A DNA stretch of 64,000 bases from Leptonemataceae bacterium (lineage in GTDB: Bacteria > Spirochaetota > Leptospiria > Leptospirales > Leptonemataceae), in contig OZ245742.1 in the NCBI GenBank assembly GCA_965227295.1, positions 704,001-768,000 of the forward strand, read 5' to 3'. Shown piece by piece: positions 10,208-19,562 of the stretch. Numbering within the stretch: position 1 is the first letter of the stretch; every line of letters starts with the position of its first letter. The notes under the pieces are model-generated. The model did no database searches, was not told where the DNA came from, and saw nothing but the letters and a program-made list of their open reading frames with translations. The position numbers and the translations under genes are program-made.

Positions 10208-10236
10208 ATAGTAAGAGTTGCTGCGTGGATTGTCAA
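10208..10236 (-). promoter_or_regulatory. Sigma-70 promoter, probably leaderless
   Basis: TTGACA-17 nt-TACTAT ends 8 nt before the GTG at 10199. Confidence 0.7.
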
Positions 10237-10246
10237 CTGTAATGAC

Positions 10247-12040
10247 TCAGCCGTCCAACGGCTGACCGCTCTTCGAGAAGTACCCCGCCGGTTTGTCCAC
10301 GGACCACATGTGAAAGTACGTGCCGTCCGGCATCGTGAAACGCCGTTGCCCGCTCGCCCAATTGATGATTACATAGCCGCCCCTGTGCATGGACGTTTCC
10401 TCGGGTCGCACATAGACCTTGAAATCCTTTCCGTAGACCATATAGATCGATTTGTCCTTCCACACGAACACGCCGTGACCCTCACCCGTTCGCATCGTAA
10501 GATCAGACGCACCGTAGAAATTTTCGATGCCGGCGATTTCGAAGGGCGTCTGGATGTCGGGCACCATCGTAATCGAACGCAGGTCTTTCGGCAACAGCGG
10601 CGGAGTGCGATCGGCGGACGGCCAGGCGAAGGCAAGCTCGTGCAACCCGTCAATGCTCCAATCGTGAAACCGCGCTTCCAGGCGCGGTCGTTGTTCCTGA
10701 AAGTACCGCAAGGATTCGGCGTAGACCTCCGCCGGCGAAAGTCCCGTGAGTCCGCGCATGGCCTGGCGCGCCCGGGTTCCCAGGCACGTGGCGTCATAGT
10801 ACTTGCGGACGTTATCCCCCCCGTACCGTTCGACGAGAAAATAGATCATCATGCGCCCGAAGATGTAAGCCCGGCGATTGCCGTAGTCCAGTTGCTCGAA
10901 AGAAGGCGGGCCCCCGCGATCCGTGCGCTCGTAGAACTCACGCATCATGGCCGTCCGCTGCCGTGCGTCGGAACGCATGACCGCGTAGTCCGCAATGCCT
11001 TCAATGAACCAGTGTCCCGGATGTTCCTCCGGCGGCAGATCGCCGCGGCCGTCCCGACGGGCGTAACAGTAGTTCTGCTGAAGATTGTGCGTAACTTCAT
11101 GTAGAATGACATTAAAGTTATCCGCCCGGCGCAGGGCCTCGGCGCGTGCCGGATTCGACTCCGGCGGCGGCTGTAAATCGCCGCAGCACATGACGACGCC
11201 GAACATTCCGCCGTAACCACCGGGACCGGCGGAACGATTGTTGGCATGCGTGCGAAACGAACCCAGCTCGGGAAACATGCGCACGGGAACACGGCCGGGG
11301 TGTCGAAAGCCAAAGCTTTCTTCCATGTACCTTAAGAAATCGTCGAAGCGATCGTAGCGCGCGAAGTGTTCGACGTGCCGGGCCCAGGGCTGCGAGTATT
11401 GCAAGCGGAGGATGCCCACGTCCCGCTGAAGCGGATACAGCTTCGCATCCGGAGCGGTCATCTGAAAGGCCTGGCTCCGGCCGTCGCTCACACGCGTGTA
11501 AAAAAACTCGAAGTTACCCGTGCGCGGGTGCCGGGACTTACGGATCTGCGCCCTGTCGGGGAACGTCCAGTACCACCAGCCCTGCGCCGCGCCGTCGCCG
11601 TACTGTACAATCTGGTGGCCGGCCTGCTGATCCTCAACGGTCCAGGTTCCGTTGGGGTACTGAATAAAACGAGCGCCGGTCTGCATATCCCAGGCATAAT
11701 GTGACCGGCTCCACTGATACACCCGCCCGCCGTCCGGCCCGGAATAGGCGCCGGCTTTGTCGCGGTAGCGGCCGAAGTCCAGGGCGAAGTGACGCTGCTC
11801 CGGAAAAACCAGAGCCGCGGCGTCGCCTGGCTCGGTGGGAGCTTGCGCCGGTAGTTTCTTGAAGTCAAAATCAAGGCGGCCGCTACCCGCGTCGGCGAAG
11901 TCGAGGGCCGGTCCCAGGTCCCCACGCGCCGTAGTCGGTACGGGACTCTGCGGCGCGGAGAACCGCGGGACCGGAACGCTTTCCGCGAATAGCGGGATGG
12001 CTACGCAGATAGCAGCCGACAGGGCCAGGCGTTTCCTCAT
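10247..12040 (-). CDS. Secreted gluzincin (peptidase MA-like) metallohydrolase
   Basis: Signal peptide, HEVTH, and downstream WFIEGIADY. Confidence 0.8.
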   Translation of the reverse strand: MRKRLALSAAICVAIPLFAESVPVPRFSAPQSPVPTTARGDLGPALDFADAGSGRLDFDFKKLPAQAPTEPGDAAALVFPEQRHFALDFGRYRDKAGAYSGPDGGRVYQWSRSHYAWDMQTGARFIQYPNGTWTVEDQQAGHQIVQYGDGAAQGWWYWTFPDRAQIRKSRHPRTGNFEFFYTRVSDGRSQAFQMTAPDAKLYPLQRDVGILRLQYSQPWARHVEHFARYDRFDDFLRYMEESFGFRHPGRVPVRMFPELGSFRTHANNRSAGPGGYGGMFGVVMCCGDLQPPPESNPARAEALRRADNFNVILHEVTHNLQQNYCYARRDGRGDLPPEEHPGHWFIEGIADYAVMRSDARQRTAMMREFYERTDRGGPPSFEQLDYGNRRAYIFGRMMIYFLVERYGGDNVRKYYDATCLGTRARQAMRGLTGLSPAEVYAESLRYFQEQRPRLEARFHDWSIDGLHELAFAWPSADRTPPLLPKDLRSITMVPDIQTPFEIAGIENFYGASDLTMRTGEGHGVFVWKDKSIYMVYGKDFKVYVRPEETSMHRGGYVIINWASGQRRFTMPDGTYFHMWSVDKPAGYFSKSGQPLDG

Positions 12041-12082
12041 GCCGTATTGGACGCCAGGGCCGTTCGAACGGCAATGAATAAA

Positions 12083-12793
12083 TCACTCCTTCGGGCTGAA
12101 CTGCGCGATCTTTAGATCGAGTACGTACAGAATGTCCCGAAGATAGCCCAGCACCCGCCGCATGGCCCGCAAACGAACCGGGCCGTCCATATCGTTCAGG
12201 CTCACCGCATGCTTGCGGCCCGGCACCACGGTTTCAAAAACAATGTCGAATTCATCGCCGGCCGCGGCGTTTTCCGCATGGGCCATCGTCGCCTGCACCC
12301 GGGCAATGCGGCGGGTCCACTGCTCCGGCCGCTCATCGTGGCGCACAAACGAATCGACGATGACACAACGCAACGGGCCGGGGCCCGCCTCCGTGGCGGC
12401 ACTGTAGCGTACCGCCGCCGTACGGCGCTCGTGGAACAAACCCAGGTTACTGCGCTGAAAGGCCAGGTCTTCCAGCACGACGATGTGCCGTTCCGGCGTT
12501 AGATTTCGCTGAAGTAACATTAAGCGCCGGTGCTTCGCTTCCAGCTCACGGAGTAACGTGCGGCCTTCGTTCTCCAGGGAACGCAGTTGCCGTTGCTCGT
12601 GCGGCTCGTACTCGTGGCGTACGCGAGGAGATTCAAACGGGGCTTCCGTCGCGCAGACGTGCAGCGGATCCGGACCGCTGGTCAGAACAATGTCACCGTT
12701 GCGGCCGGAAGTCGGCGTCGCGCGATCCGTACCGGGCCGCAGCGCGGCGAAAACCAGCACGACGGCACCCAGGAATCCGACGAACGTCCTCAT
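12083..12793 (-). CDS. Hypothetical exported protein
   Basis: Hydrophobic N-terminus MRTFVGFLGAVVLVFAAL; ATGA overlap with the desaturase stop. Confidence 0.6.
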   Translation of the reverse strand: MRTFVGFLGAVVLVFAALRPGTDRATPTSGRNGDIVLTSGPDPLHVCATEAPFESPRVRHEYEPHEQRQLRSLENEGRTLLRELEAKHRRLMLLQRNLTPERHIVVLEDLAFQRSNLGLFHERRTAAVRYSAATEAGPGPLRCVIVDSFVRHDERPEQWTRRIARVQATMAHAENAAAGDEFDIVFETVVPGRKHAVSLNDMDGPVRLRAMRRVLGYLRDILYVLDLKIAQFSPKE

Positions 12794-13899
12794 GACGCGT
12801 CTTTGTTCAGAGCCTGGCCGGCGCTCTGATAATAGACCGTATGCGCATTGCCGTCCACGTAGTGACACGTGCGCATGGAATGAAACCAACCTTTCCAGAA
12901 CGAACCCTTCGCCTCGCGATAAAACTCACCGAGCACCGGCTTCAGCGCTTCGGTGGCCCGGCGCAGGTTGTAGTGCGGAACGTTGATGAAGAGATGATGC
13001 ACGATGTGTGTGCCGATGTTATGATGGATCTCGTTCAACACGCCGTAGTCCCGGTCCACCGTGGACAGCGCGCCTTTTACAAAGTTCCATTCTCCGTTTC
13101 GGTACCAGGGGACGTCCGGATCGGTATGATGCAGGTACGTCACGAGGTCCAGCCAGGAGATGAACACGAGGTACGGGCCGATGTAGTACTTCAGCAAGGC
13201 CATCGCGCCGAACTCATACGTAAACCAGCCGAGGCCGCCCAAAAACGCAAAGTACCAGAGCGAACTCGTTAACACGTCCCACTTCTCCGACGCCTTAAAC
13301 AGATCACTTCCCGGCCAGAAATGCGAGCCGTCCAGGCGCGGCGACCTTCGCCACAGATAAAACGGAAAGAGAAGCAACATCAGCGGAGAGAAGCGCAAGA
13401 TGCGAATAACGAACGGCGTATCACGATACTCGTTCTCCGTCAGCGGATACCAGGCTTCCTCGCGATCGGCGTTGCCGGTCAGTGAATGATGCGTGCGATG
13501 CGAAATGCGCCAGCCGTGATACGGCACGAGCAACGGTGAATGACAGATGTGACCGATGATGCTGTTCAACAGACGACTGCGAGAAAACGAACCGTGGCCG
13601 GCGTCATGGCCGACGACGAAGAGCGCCCAGAACATGGTGCCCTGTAACAACCAGAAAGCCGGCCAGAAATACCAGGAATCCAATCGCCAGGCGACCCAGT
13701 AGAGCACGGCCACGACGGCCCAGTCGAAGAAAAAGAAGTACAGGGATTTCCATACCACCGGCCGGAAACAGTCGGCGGGGATGGCGGACTTGAGTTGCAG
13801 TAGAGTGAACGGTATTTGAACGGTTTCGTTATCGGCGCGCGGAGGCAGTTGCGGTGATGAATAGCTCTGTGCCGGCGCGGGAGCGAGAGTCGGTTGCAT
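12790..13899 (-). CDS. Membrane fatty acid desaturase, omega-3/delta-15 (DesB/FAD3-like)
   Basis: His boxes HDAGH, HRTHH and HIVHH; LVPYHGWRISH, GALSTVDRDYG, PHYNL. Confidence 0.9.
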   Translation of the reverse strand: MQPTLAPAPAQSYSSPQLPPRADNETVQIPFTLLQLKSAIPADCFRPVVWKSLYFFFFDWAVVAVLYWVAWRLDSWYFWPAFWLLQGTMFWALFVVGHDAGHGSFSRSRLLNSIIGHICHSPLLVPYHGWRISHRTHHSLTGNADREEAWYPLTENEYRDTPFVIRILRFSPLMLLLFPFYLWRRSPRLDGSHFWPGSDLFKASEKWDVLTSSLWYFAFLGGLGWFTYEFGAMALLKYYIGPYLVFISWLDLVTYLHHTDPDVPWYRNGEWNFVKGALSTVDRDYGVLNEIHHNIGTHIVHHLFINVPHYNLRRATEALKPVLGEFYREAKGSFWKGWFHSMRTCHYVDGNAHTVYYQSAGQALNKDAS

Positions 13900-13980
13900 T
13901 CGGCGGCCCCGTAGAGAATGAGATTGGGAATCTATTTGTATTGGAGGAGCAAGCCTCGAATTTCGGCGACAGAGCGCAAG

Positions 13981-14721
13981 TCATTCCCGGGGACCGGTAC
14001 CCATGCGGGCTTCGTACTCGGCACGGTACCGCGGATGGTAGAGCAACAATTCCTCGTGGAGTTTCGCGGCGGAGAGCTGGCCCGGAGCGTTCGGTTGATC
14101 CAGGAAACCATAGGTCAGCACCGATCCGGAGAAGGGCGCCGCGATACGAGACAACAGGCCCTCGGGCCCCATCGCGATCGTAACGAGCTGCGGGAAATCG
14201 CATTCCCGTGTGAAGGCTAGCAAGTCGAGGAGATCCACCCGGCTGCCGGCAAAAACTGCCAGCTTGATGATGTCCGCGCCGAGGTCACGGCTCTCCCCGA
14301 CGATGGCCTCCAGTTCCGAACGAGACGGCGTCCGTTCGAAGTCGTGCACCGATACAATGACCAGGCGCTCCTTGCTTCTGGCCGTATCGATCAAGGACTG
14401 GCGCAACGGGGACTCGAATTCGACATCGATGCAATGGACGAAGTCCAGCAGGCGCTCAAAGATTGCAAGGCGGCGGTCGCGGTTGGCATCGTTTTCCCGC
14501 ACGGTGCCGATCAAAGCAAAGTCCGCCAGGTCCGGCCGGCGACTGTCTTCCTCGAGGCGGTCAAGAAGCTGCGGATCCTCCGGAAAGGCGTCCACGCGAA
14601 ACTCCAGTGCGGTGGCACCGTTCCGCCGCACACCCACGAGCTCTTCCGGAGACAACAGCCGCTCGACGATGGCGACGATGTGTGGAATCTCTTCTCCCAG
14701 AACGATCGGACCGAGCTGCAT
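13981..14721 (-). CDS. aroD: Type I 3-dehydroquinate dehydratase
   Basis: EFRVD, IDVE, SVHDFERTP, ADIIKLA, AMGPEGLLSR, APGQ. Confidence 0.9.
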   Translation of the reverse strand: MQLGPIVLGEEIPHIVAIVERLLSPEELVGVRRNGATALEFRVDAFPEDPQLLDRLEEDSRRPDLADFALIGTVRENDANRDRRLAIFERLLDFVHCIDVEFESPLRQSLIDTARSKERLVIVSVHDFERTPSRSELEAIVGESRDLGADIIKLAVFAGSRVDLLDLLAFTRECDFPQLVTIAMGPEGLLSRIAAPFSGSVLTYGFLDQPNAPGQLSAAKLHEELLLYHPRYRAEYEARMGTGPRE

Positions 14722-14757
14722 AGGAACGATGTGCGGAGACGGGGCCGGGGCGTCACG

Positions 14758-14790
14758 AAAAAAGGGACGACGCAAAGCATCGTCCCTTTT
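14758..14790 (-). terminator. Intrinsic terminator after the loa22-like gene
   Basis: Minus strand reads GGGACGATGC-TTT-GCGTCGTCCC followed by TTTTTT. Confidence 0.8.
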
Positions 14791-14837
14791 CGCGTTCACC
14801 CCTTCCGCAGAAGAGGCGAAACAGTTTCGGTTCCGAA

Positions 14838-15368
14838 TTAGCTGTTCGGAGCCTTTACAACCTGAAAGGTTACACGGCGCTGCTTTTGATCCTTCGGATC
14901 GACGCCGGGCAGCAGTTGGGTGTCAGCAACACCTTTGTAGGTCATCTGGTTGGCCGGGATGCCGGCGCGGCGGAGGCCGTCGTAGACGCCTTTTGCACGC
15001 TGCTCGGACCAGTGGTAGTTGCCTTTCTTCCCGCCGGTCGCGTTACGCGGGCCGATGGTGCAGGTGTGGCCGGTTACCTGGATGACGTAGCCGGTTCCGA
15101 CTTGCGAAAGAGCCTGCTCGATTTGCGGTTTTGCGGCGCTGGCCCAGGTCGGGAAGTCCGAACCGGTAGCGGTGGCTTTGTAGCCGTAGCCGTTGTTGCG
15201 GGGGGAATAGCTGACAGACTGAAGTGCACGGTTTGCTACCGCCACACCGCCGGTTTCAACATTGCCGCCACGCTCCGTCGAATCGCTGGAGGAACATGCT
15301 GCGAAAAGAATGGAAGCCGCGAAAACGGCACCAACTGCGGTAATTTTTTTGCCAATTTTGAAATCCAT
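14838..15368 (-). CDS. loa22: OmpA-C-domain lipoprotein, Loa22-like
   Basis: Lipobox FAAC. ITGHT-like QVTGHT, KKGN..WSEQRA, GIPAN and RRVTF match Leptospira Loa22 as recalled. Confidence 0.75.
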   Translation of the reverse strand: MDFKIGKKITAVGAVFAASILFAACSSSDSTERGGNVETGGVAVANRALQSVSYSPRNNGYGYKATATGSDFPTWASAAKPQIEQALSQVGTGYVIQVTGHTCTIGPRNATGGKKGNYHWSEQRAKGVYDGLRRAGIPANQMTYKGVADTQLLPGVDPKDQKQRRVTFQVVKAPNS

Positions 15369-15568
15369 GAGATTAAAAACTCCTTATCTCTCTACCTCGA
15401 CGCAGACGCTTCCGTTCTGGTTCGAACTCTTAAAGCGAGGAAGACACCGGATCGACGTCGATACTGCGAGAGGTACCCGGGTGAGTATCCTGTGTAAATA
15501 AAAAATCGCAGGCCTTTCCTTTGAAAAGGATTTTTTCGAAGATCGAGACGGCCGATAGACGGGAAAAC

Positions 15569-16531
15569 GTGAGTACGAAGCATACATTCCAGGTCCCTCC
15601 GGATTCCGAAGAAGAACGCCTCGACCAATGGCTGACGGCGCAATTGGGCGCGGAAGCCAGCCGCAGTCTTGTGCAAAAAGCCATCAAATCCGGTCGCGTA
15701 ACCGGAGAGGGGATCATCAACGCCCGGCGCAAAATCCAGCCGGGAGAAACGTACACGATCACCCTGGCGGAACCGGAGTCGTCTACGCGCATCGAACCGC
15801 GGCCGCTGGACTTGAACATGGTCTATGAAGACGCGGACCTGGCCGTATTGCACAAGCCGCCCGGCATTGCGGTCCATCCCGGGCCCGGGGATGATCGAAC
15901 CAGCATTGCCCACGGCATACTGCATCGGTGGGCGACTCTACAGAGCGAGTATGACGCTGCCGGAGACAGCGCGGGCAGTGAAGACTCACTGCGTCCGGGC
16001 ATCGTCCATCGCCTGGACCGGGATACAGAGGGTTTGCTCATCGTTGCGAAACATGCGAAGGCGCAGCGCCTGCTCTCGGAACAGTTTGCACGCCGGGAGG
16101 TGCGCAAAGAGTACACGGCCTGGCTGCACGGCGCCCCGCCGGCCGGCCGCGGTCGTTTTGAAGACCCCATCGCCCGCCATCCGAAGCATCGCCGGCGCAT
16201 GCGCATAGACCCGGCCGGTCGCTCCGCACTGACGGAGTACGAGGTCCGCGAGGCAGTCAACACCAGCCGCGGCCGAAAGTTCTGCCGGGTGGACATAAGA
16301 TTGCATACCGGTCGCACCCATCAGATCCGCGTGCACTTCAGCCACGCCGGCGCCCCGGTGGTCGGCGATCCACTGTACTCCCGGAGTCATCAGGACTACG
16401 CGGATTTCGGCATGCTTCTACTCGCACAACGCCTGGGCTTCACGCAACCTCTGACCGGGGCGGCCCTGGAATTTGCGCTGGAACTGCCGCCGCGCTTCCA
16501 GGATTTCGCCGGGCGCTGCCGGAACTTCTAG
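15569..16531 (+). CDS. rluD: RluD-type 23S rRNA pseudouridine synthase
   Basis: S4 domain RLDQWL, KPPG..VHP, GIVHRLDRDTEGL, TGRTHQIRVH, GDPLY. Confidence 0.9.
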   Translation: MSTKHTFQVPPDSEEERLDQWLTAQLGAEASRSLVQKAIKSGRVTGEGIINARRKIQPGETYTITLAEPESSTRIEPRPLDLNMVYEDADLAVLHKPPGIAVHPGPGDDRTSIAHGILHRWATLQSEYDAAGDSAGSEDSLRPGIVHRLDRDTEGLLIVAKHAKAQRLLSEQFARREVRKEYTAWLHGAPPAGRGRFEDPIARHPKHRRRMRIDPAGRSALTEYEVREAVNTSRGRKFCRVDIRLHTGRTHQIRVHFSHAGAPVVGDPLYSRSHQDYADFGMLLLAQRLGFTQPLTGAALEFALELPPRFQDFAGRCRNF

Positions 16532-18060
16532 AACGCCTCGCCCCGGGGATTCGGATGCGCCCGCGCGATCGTTTCCGATTCACGAGTGAGCAGTTGCGCC
16601 TCGCGCTGTTGTGCCGCCGCGGCCAGGTCGGCATCGAGGATGACGAACGTAACGTCGTCCTCAAAGTCGGCGCGGGGAGTGATCCAGTCACGCAGCCCTT
16701 CTTCCAGGCGGGCGGCGAAGGCGTCGGCATCGAGGTCGCGGTGACGGGCGGCAAAATCCCGCAAACGCTCCTCGCCCCAGATATCGCCCTTGCGATTGCG
16801 CGCCTCGGTGACACCGTCGGTGTAGAGGATGATGCGATCGCGCTCGTGCAACGGATCCTCAAAGGTCTCGACCTCGATGTCGGGACGCATGCCGAGGATC
16901 GTGCCGCGCCCGCGGCGAGCCTCCAGGACCGCGCCGCTGTCCCGATCGATGCGCAGTAGCGAAGGATGGCCGGCATGGGCGTAGACCAGCCGGCCGCTTT
17001 CGGGATCCACGCAAACCGCCGCCGCCGTAATGAACTGCTTGCGAAACTTACCGTAGAGCTCGCGGTTCATGGTCTCCAGCAGACGACCGGGCTCCGGCAT
17101 CAGATTCTGCCACTGACTCAACGAGACCTTGAGCATGCTGGCCACGAGCGCGGCTGCCACGCCATGGCCGGAGACATCGGCCAGCAGGACGCCGGTCCGA
17201 CCGGGCTCGAACGAAACGAAGTCGTAGAAGTCCCCGCCCACGGCCGCCATCGGCAGAAAGCTGCCATGAACCCGCAGGCCGTTGCACGACGGCGGGGCCC
17301 CGGGCAGAATGGAGAGCTGAATCTGCCGGGCGAATTCCAGTTCTCGCTGAAGGGCTTCCAGTTCCATTCGGCGACGGAGGGCGTGTTCCTCGCTGCGGCG
17401 CCGGGCGTCGGCGGATTCCACCAGGCGATGGATCATGTGGCGGGAGGTGGCCCCGATGTATCCAGAAATGATACCCAGCGCCAGGAAATAGGTGCAGAGG
17501 TTGAGCAGGCTAGCCAGGGTAAAGAATGGATACTCGTCCTGAATACCGGCCGGGGCAGTCAGGTATGCGTAGTAGAACAACAGGGCATACTGGATCGATG
17601 CCAGGCTGCCGGCGACGACTCCGATACTCATGGACTGCCCCAGCCCCGTGGCCGCGACCACCAGCATGGAAATGCCGGTGAACGCACCGGTGGTGATGCG
17701 CGGGTAGATCCACTCGCCGGGATTGTAGAGCCACTGACCGACGAAGAGCGTGAGCGGCAATGTGACCGGGAGCAGGTAGATTACGTAGAGCATGTAGGGA
17801 GAGATCCGCTCTTTGCCTTCGACGGCACGCTTGAGCATGTGAGAATCCCAGCCCAGCAGCAAACAATAGAGCGCGATGGTCGCTGTATTGATCTTTATAT
17901 TGAAGAAAGTCAGTTCTAATAGGGCGCCGACGTAGATCGTCAGAATCGACGCAACGCCCATGGCAATGACGAAACGCACGTAACGGAGAGCAGAGCGGGC
18001 GGACTCGCGCTGAAAGTCTGCATCCATCGCAGCGACATCGTTTCGCGCCCTACTGTTCAC
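16528..18060 (-). CDS. Membrane-anchored PP2C/SpoIIE-family phosphatase
   Basis: About 6 TM helices, then AVGGDFYDF, ADVSGHG, YTDG and EDDVT. Confidence 0.9.
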   Translation of the reverse strand: MNSRARNDVAAMDADFQRESARSALRYVRFVIAMGVASILTIYVGALLELTFFNIKINTATIALYCLLLGWDSHMLKRAVEGKERISPYMLYVIYLLPVTLPLTLFVGQWLYNPGEWIYPRITTGAFTGISMLVVAATGLGQSMSIGVVAGSLASIQYALLFYYAYLTAPAGIQDEYPFFTLASLLNLCTYFLALGIISGYIGATSRHMIHRLVESADARRRSEEHALRRRMELEALQRELEFARQIQLSILPGAPPSCNGLRVHGSFLPMAAVGGDFYDFVSFEPGRTGVLLADVSGHGVAAALVASMLKVSLSQWQNLMPEPGRLLETMNRELYGKFRKQFITAAAVCVDPESGRLVYAHAGHPSLLRIDRDSGAVLEARRGRGTILGMRPDIEVETFEDPLHERDRIILYTDGVTEARNRKGDIWGEERLRDFAARHRDLDADAFAARLEEGLRDWITPRADFEDDVTFVILDADLAAAAQQREAQLLTRESETIARAHPNPRGEAF

Positions 18061-18140
18061 AGGTCACAAGTTAAGGTCGGCGCATCTCTTTTCAACTGCG
18101 TTCACTTAAATGCATCGAATCCGCGGCAAGGCGCACCGTA

Positions 18141-18180
18141 TCGATTCTGCAACAGGAGTGTCGAATCTGCAACAGATTCG
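18141..18180. promoter_or_regulatory. Direct repeat and palindrome, candidate enhancer (UAS)
   Basis: TCGAWTCTGCAACAG at 18141-18155 and 18161-18175; palindrome CGAATCTG-CAA-CAGATTCG at 18162-18180. Confidence 0.45.
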
Positions 18181-18222
18181 GCCATCCGGGCCCGTCGGAC
18201 ACGAGCATCGATCGCAAAAAAG

Positions 18223-18231
18223 TTATCCACA
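18223..18231 (+). promoter_or_regulatory. Consensus DnaA box
   Basis: A single perfect TTATCCACA in an intergenic region. Confidence 0.4.
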
Positions 18232-18328
18232 CCCCCTTCGTGGCCTGCGCCCTGTAATCGGTGCCAGGCCCCCATTTGTGGCACTCCGTGGTTAAAAACT
18301 CCCGGCCAGGCAAGGTCGGACAACGGGT

Positions 18329-18344
18329 TGGTACGCTTGTTGCT
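18329..18344 (+). promoter_or_regulatory. Sigma-54 (-24/-12) promoter of lpxC
   Basis: TGGTACG-CTTG-TTGCT matches TGGYRYR-N4-TTGCW with exact spacing. Confidence 0.75.
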
Positions 18345-18422
18345 TTACGCAGTGCAGAAAAGAAATGTAGCAGCGCGTCACACTGGCGTCACGCGCAGCA
18401 CTTTACGCGATACGGTATCATT

Positions 18423-19361
18423 ATGAATTATTCCAGACGCACGGATCTCTCGAATGCACGCAGCAACAGCAGCTCTGCTCTGATGGAGGCTCCGGCGGCT
18501 CTCTTCCGTCGCACGGTCCAGGATGAGCTCACGGTCGCCGGCATCGGCCTCCACTCCGGCGAGACCGTCAGCATGCGACTCATTCCCGCGCCCGCTGGAA
18601 CCGGCCTCATCTTCCGCAACAAAGACGCCTCCCTCGGCGAGATTGAAGTCAATCCCTTCAAGGTCGTAAACACGCTGAACGCCGTCACCGTTTCCAACGG
18701 CAAATGGCACGTGCAAACCATCGAGCACCTGCTGGCGGGCCTGGCCACGGCGGGCATTACGGATCTTTACATCGAACTGGATAGCTCCGAAATCCCGATC
18801 ATGGACGGTTCGTCGCAGAAATTCTACGAGGCTGTGCTGGAGGCCGGAGTCCGAGAATTCGAGGACGTCCTTGAACCGATCCGCCTGACCAATGCCGTGT
18901 GGGTCGTCGAAGGCGACAAATACCTGGTAGCCCTCCCCCACGATTCCTTCCGCGTTTCTTACAATATCGATTACAACCACCCGCTGCTCCGCGGCAAAAG
19001 CATCACCATCGACCTGGACGAGTCCGTCCTGGCCGACGAAATCCTGCCCGCACGGACCTTCGGCTTTCTGCGGGACGTCGAGATGCTGAAATCCAAAGGC
19101 CTCATCAAAGGCGGTTCCATCGACAACGCGATCGTGCTCACCGAGGACGGCGTGCTGAATGAGGACCTGCGCTACCCGGAAGAATGCATCCGGCACAAGG
19201 TCCTGGACCTGGTCGGGGACCTGTATCTCCTGGGTCGTCCGATCCACGCCCACGTCATTGCTTCGAAGGCCGGCCACGGCCTGGATGTGGCCCTGGCACG
19301 GCGCATCCTCACGCAGGTTTCCGTCGATGAGCTCGCCCGGAAGCGCGCCGAACGCGGCTGA
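18423..19361 (+). CDS. lpxC: UDP-3-O-acyl-N-acetylglucosamine deacetylase
   Basis: GIGLHSG, TIEHLLA, EIPIMDGS, ARTFGF, HKVLDLVGDL, AGH; an alternative start exists at 18483. Confidence 0.95.
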   Translation: MNYSRRTDLSNARSNSSSALMEAPAALFRRTVQDELTVAGIGLHSGETVSMRLIPAPAGTGLIFRNKDASLGEIEVNPFKVVNTLNAVTVSNGKWHVQTIEHLLAGLATAGITDLYIELDSSEIPIMDGSSQKFYEAVLEAGVREFEDVLEPIRLTNAVWVVEGDKYLVALPHDSFRVSYNIDYNHPLLRGKSITIDLDESVLADEILPARTFGFLRDVEMLKSKGLIKGGSIDNAIVLTEDGVLNEDLRYPEECIRHKVLDLVGDLYLLGRPIHAHVIASKAGHGLDVALARRILTQVSVDELARKRAERG

Positions 19362-19562
19362 ATCCTGAGGCGCGTCGGACGGCGCGCGTCTCCGTTTCTC
19401 ATTGCAGGCGTAACGAAACGGAAATAAATTACTATTGACACTCCCCGATTGCCGATGATTGTACCAAAGTACGCAGGTACACACCGGTAGCGTATGTACG
19501 CCCGGTGACTCCGCTGCTTAAATATAAAACATACAGCAGTATGCGTCGGCGGGGAGGGTTCT

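Noticed and set aside
18223-18231. Replication origin
   Set aside because: Only one DnaA box, no AT-rich unwinding element, and no dnaA/dnaN or par genes nearby.
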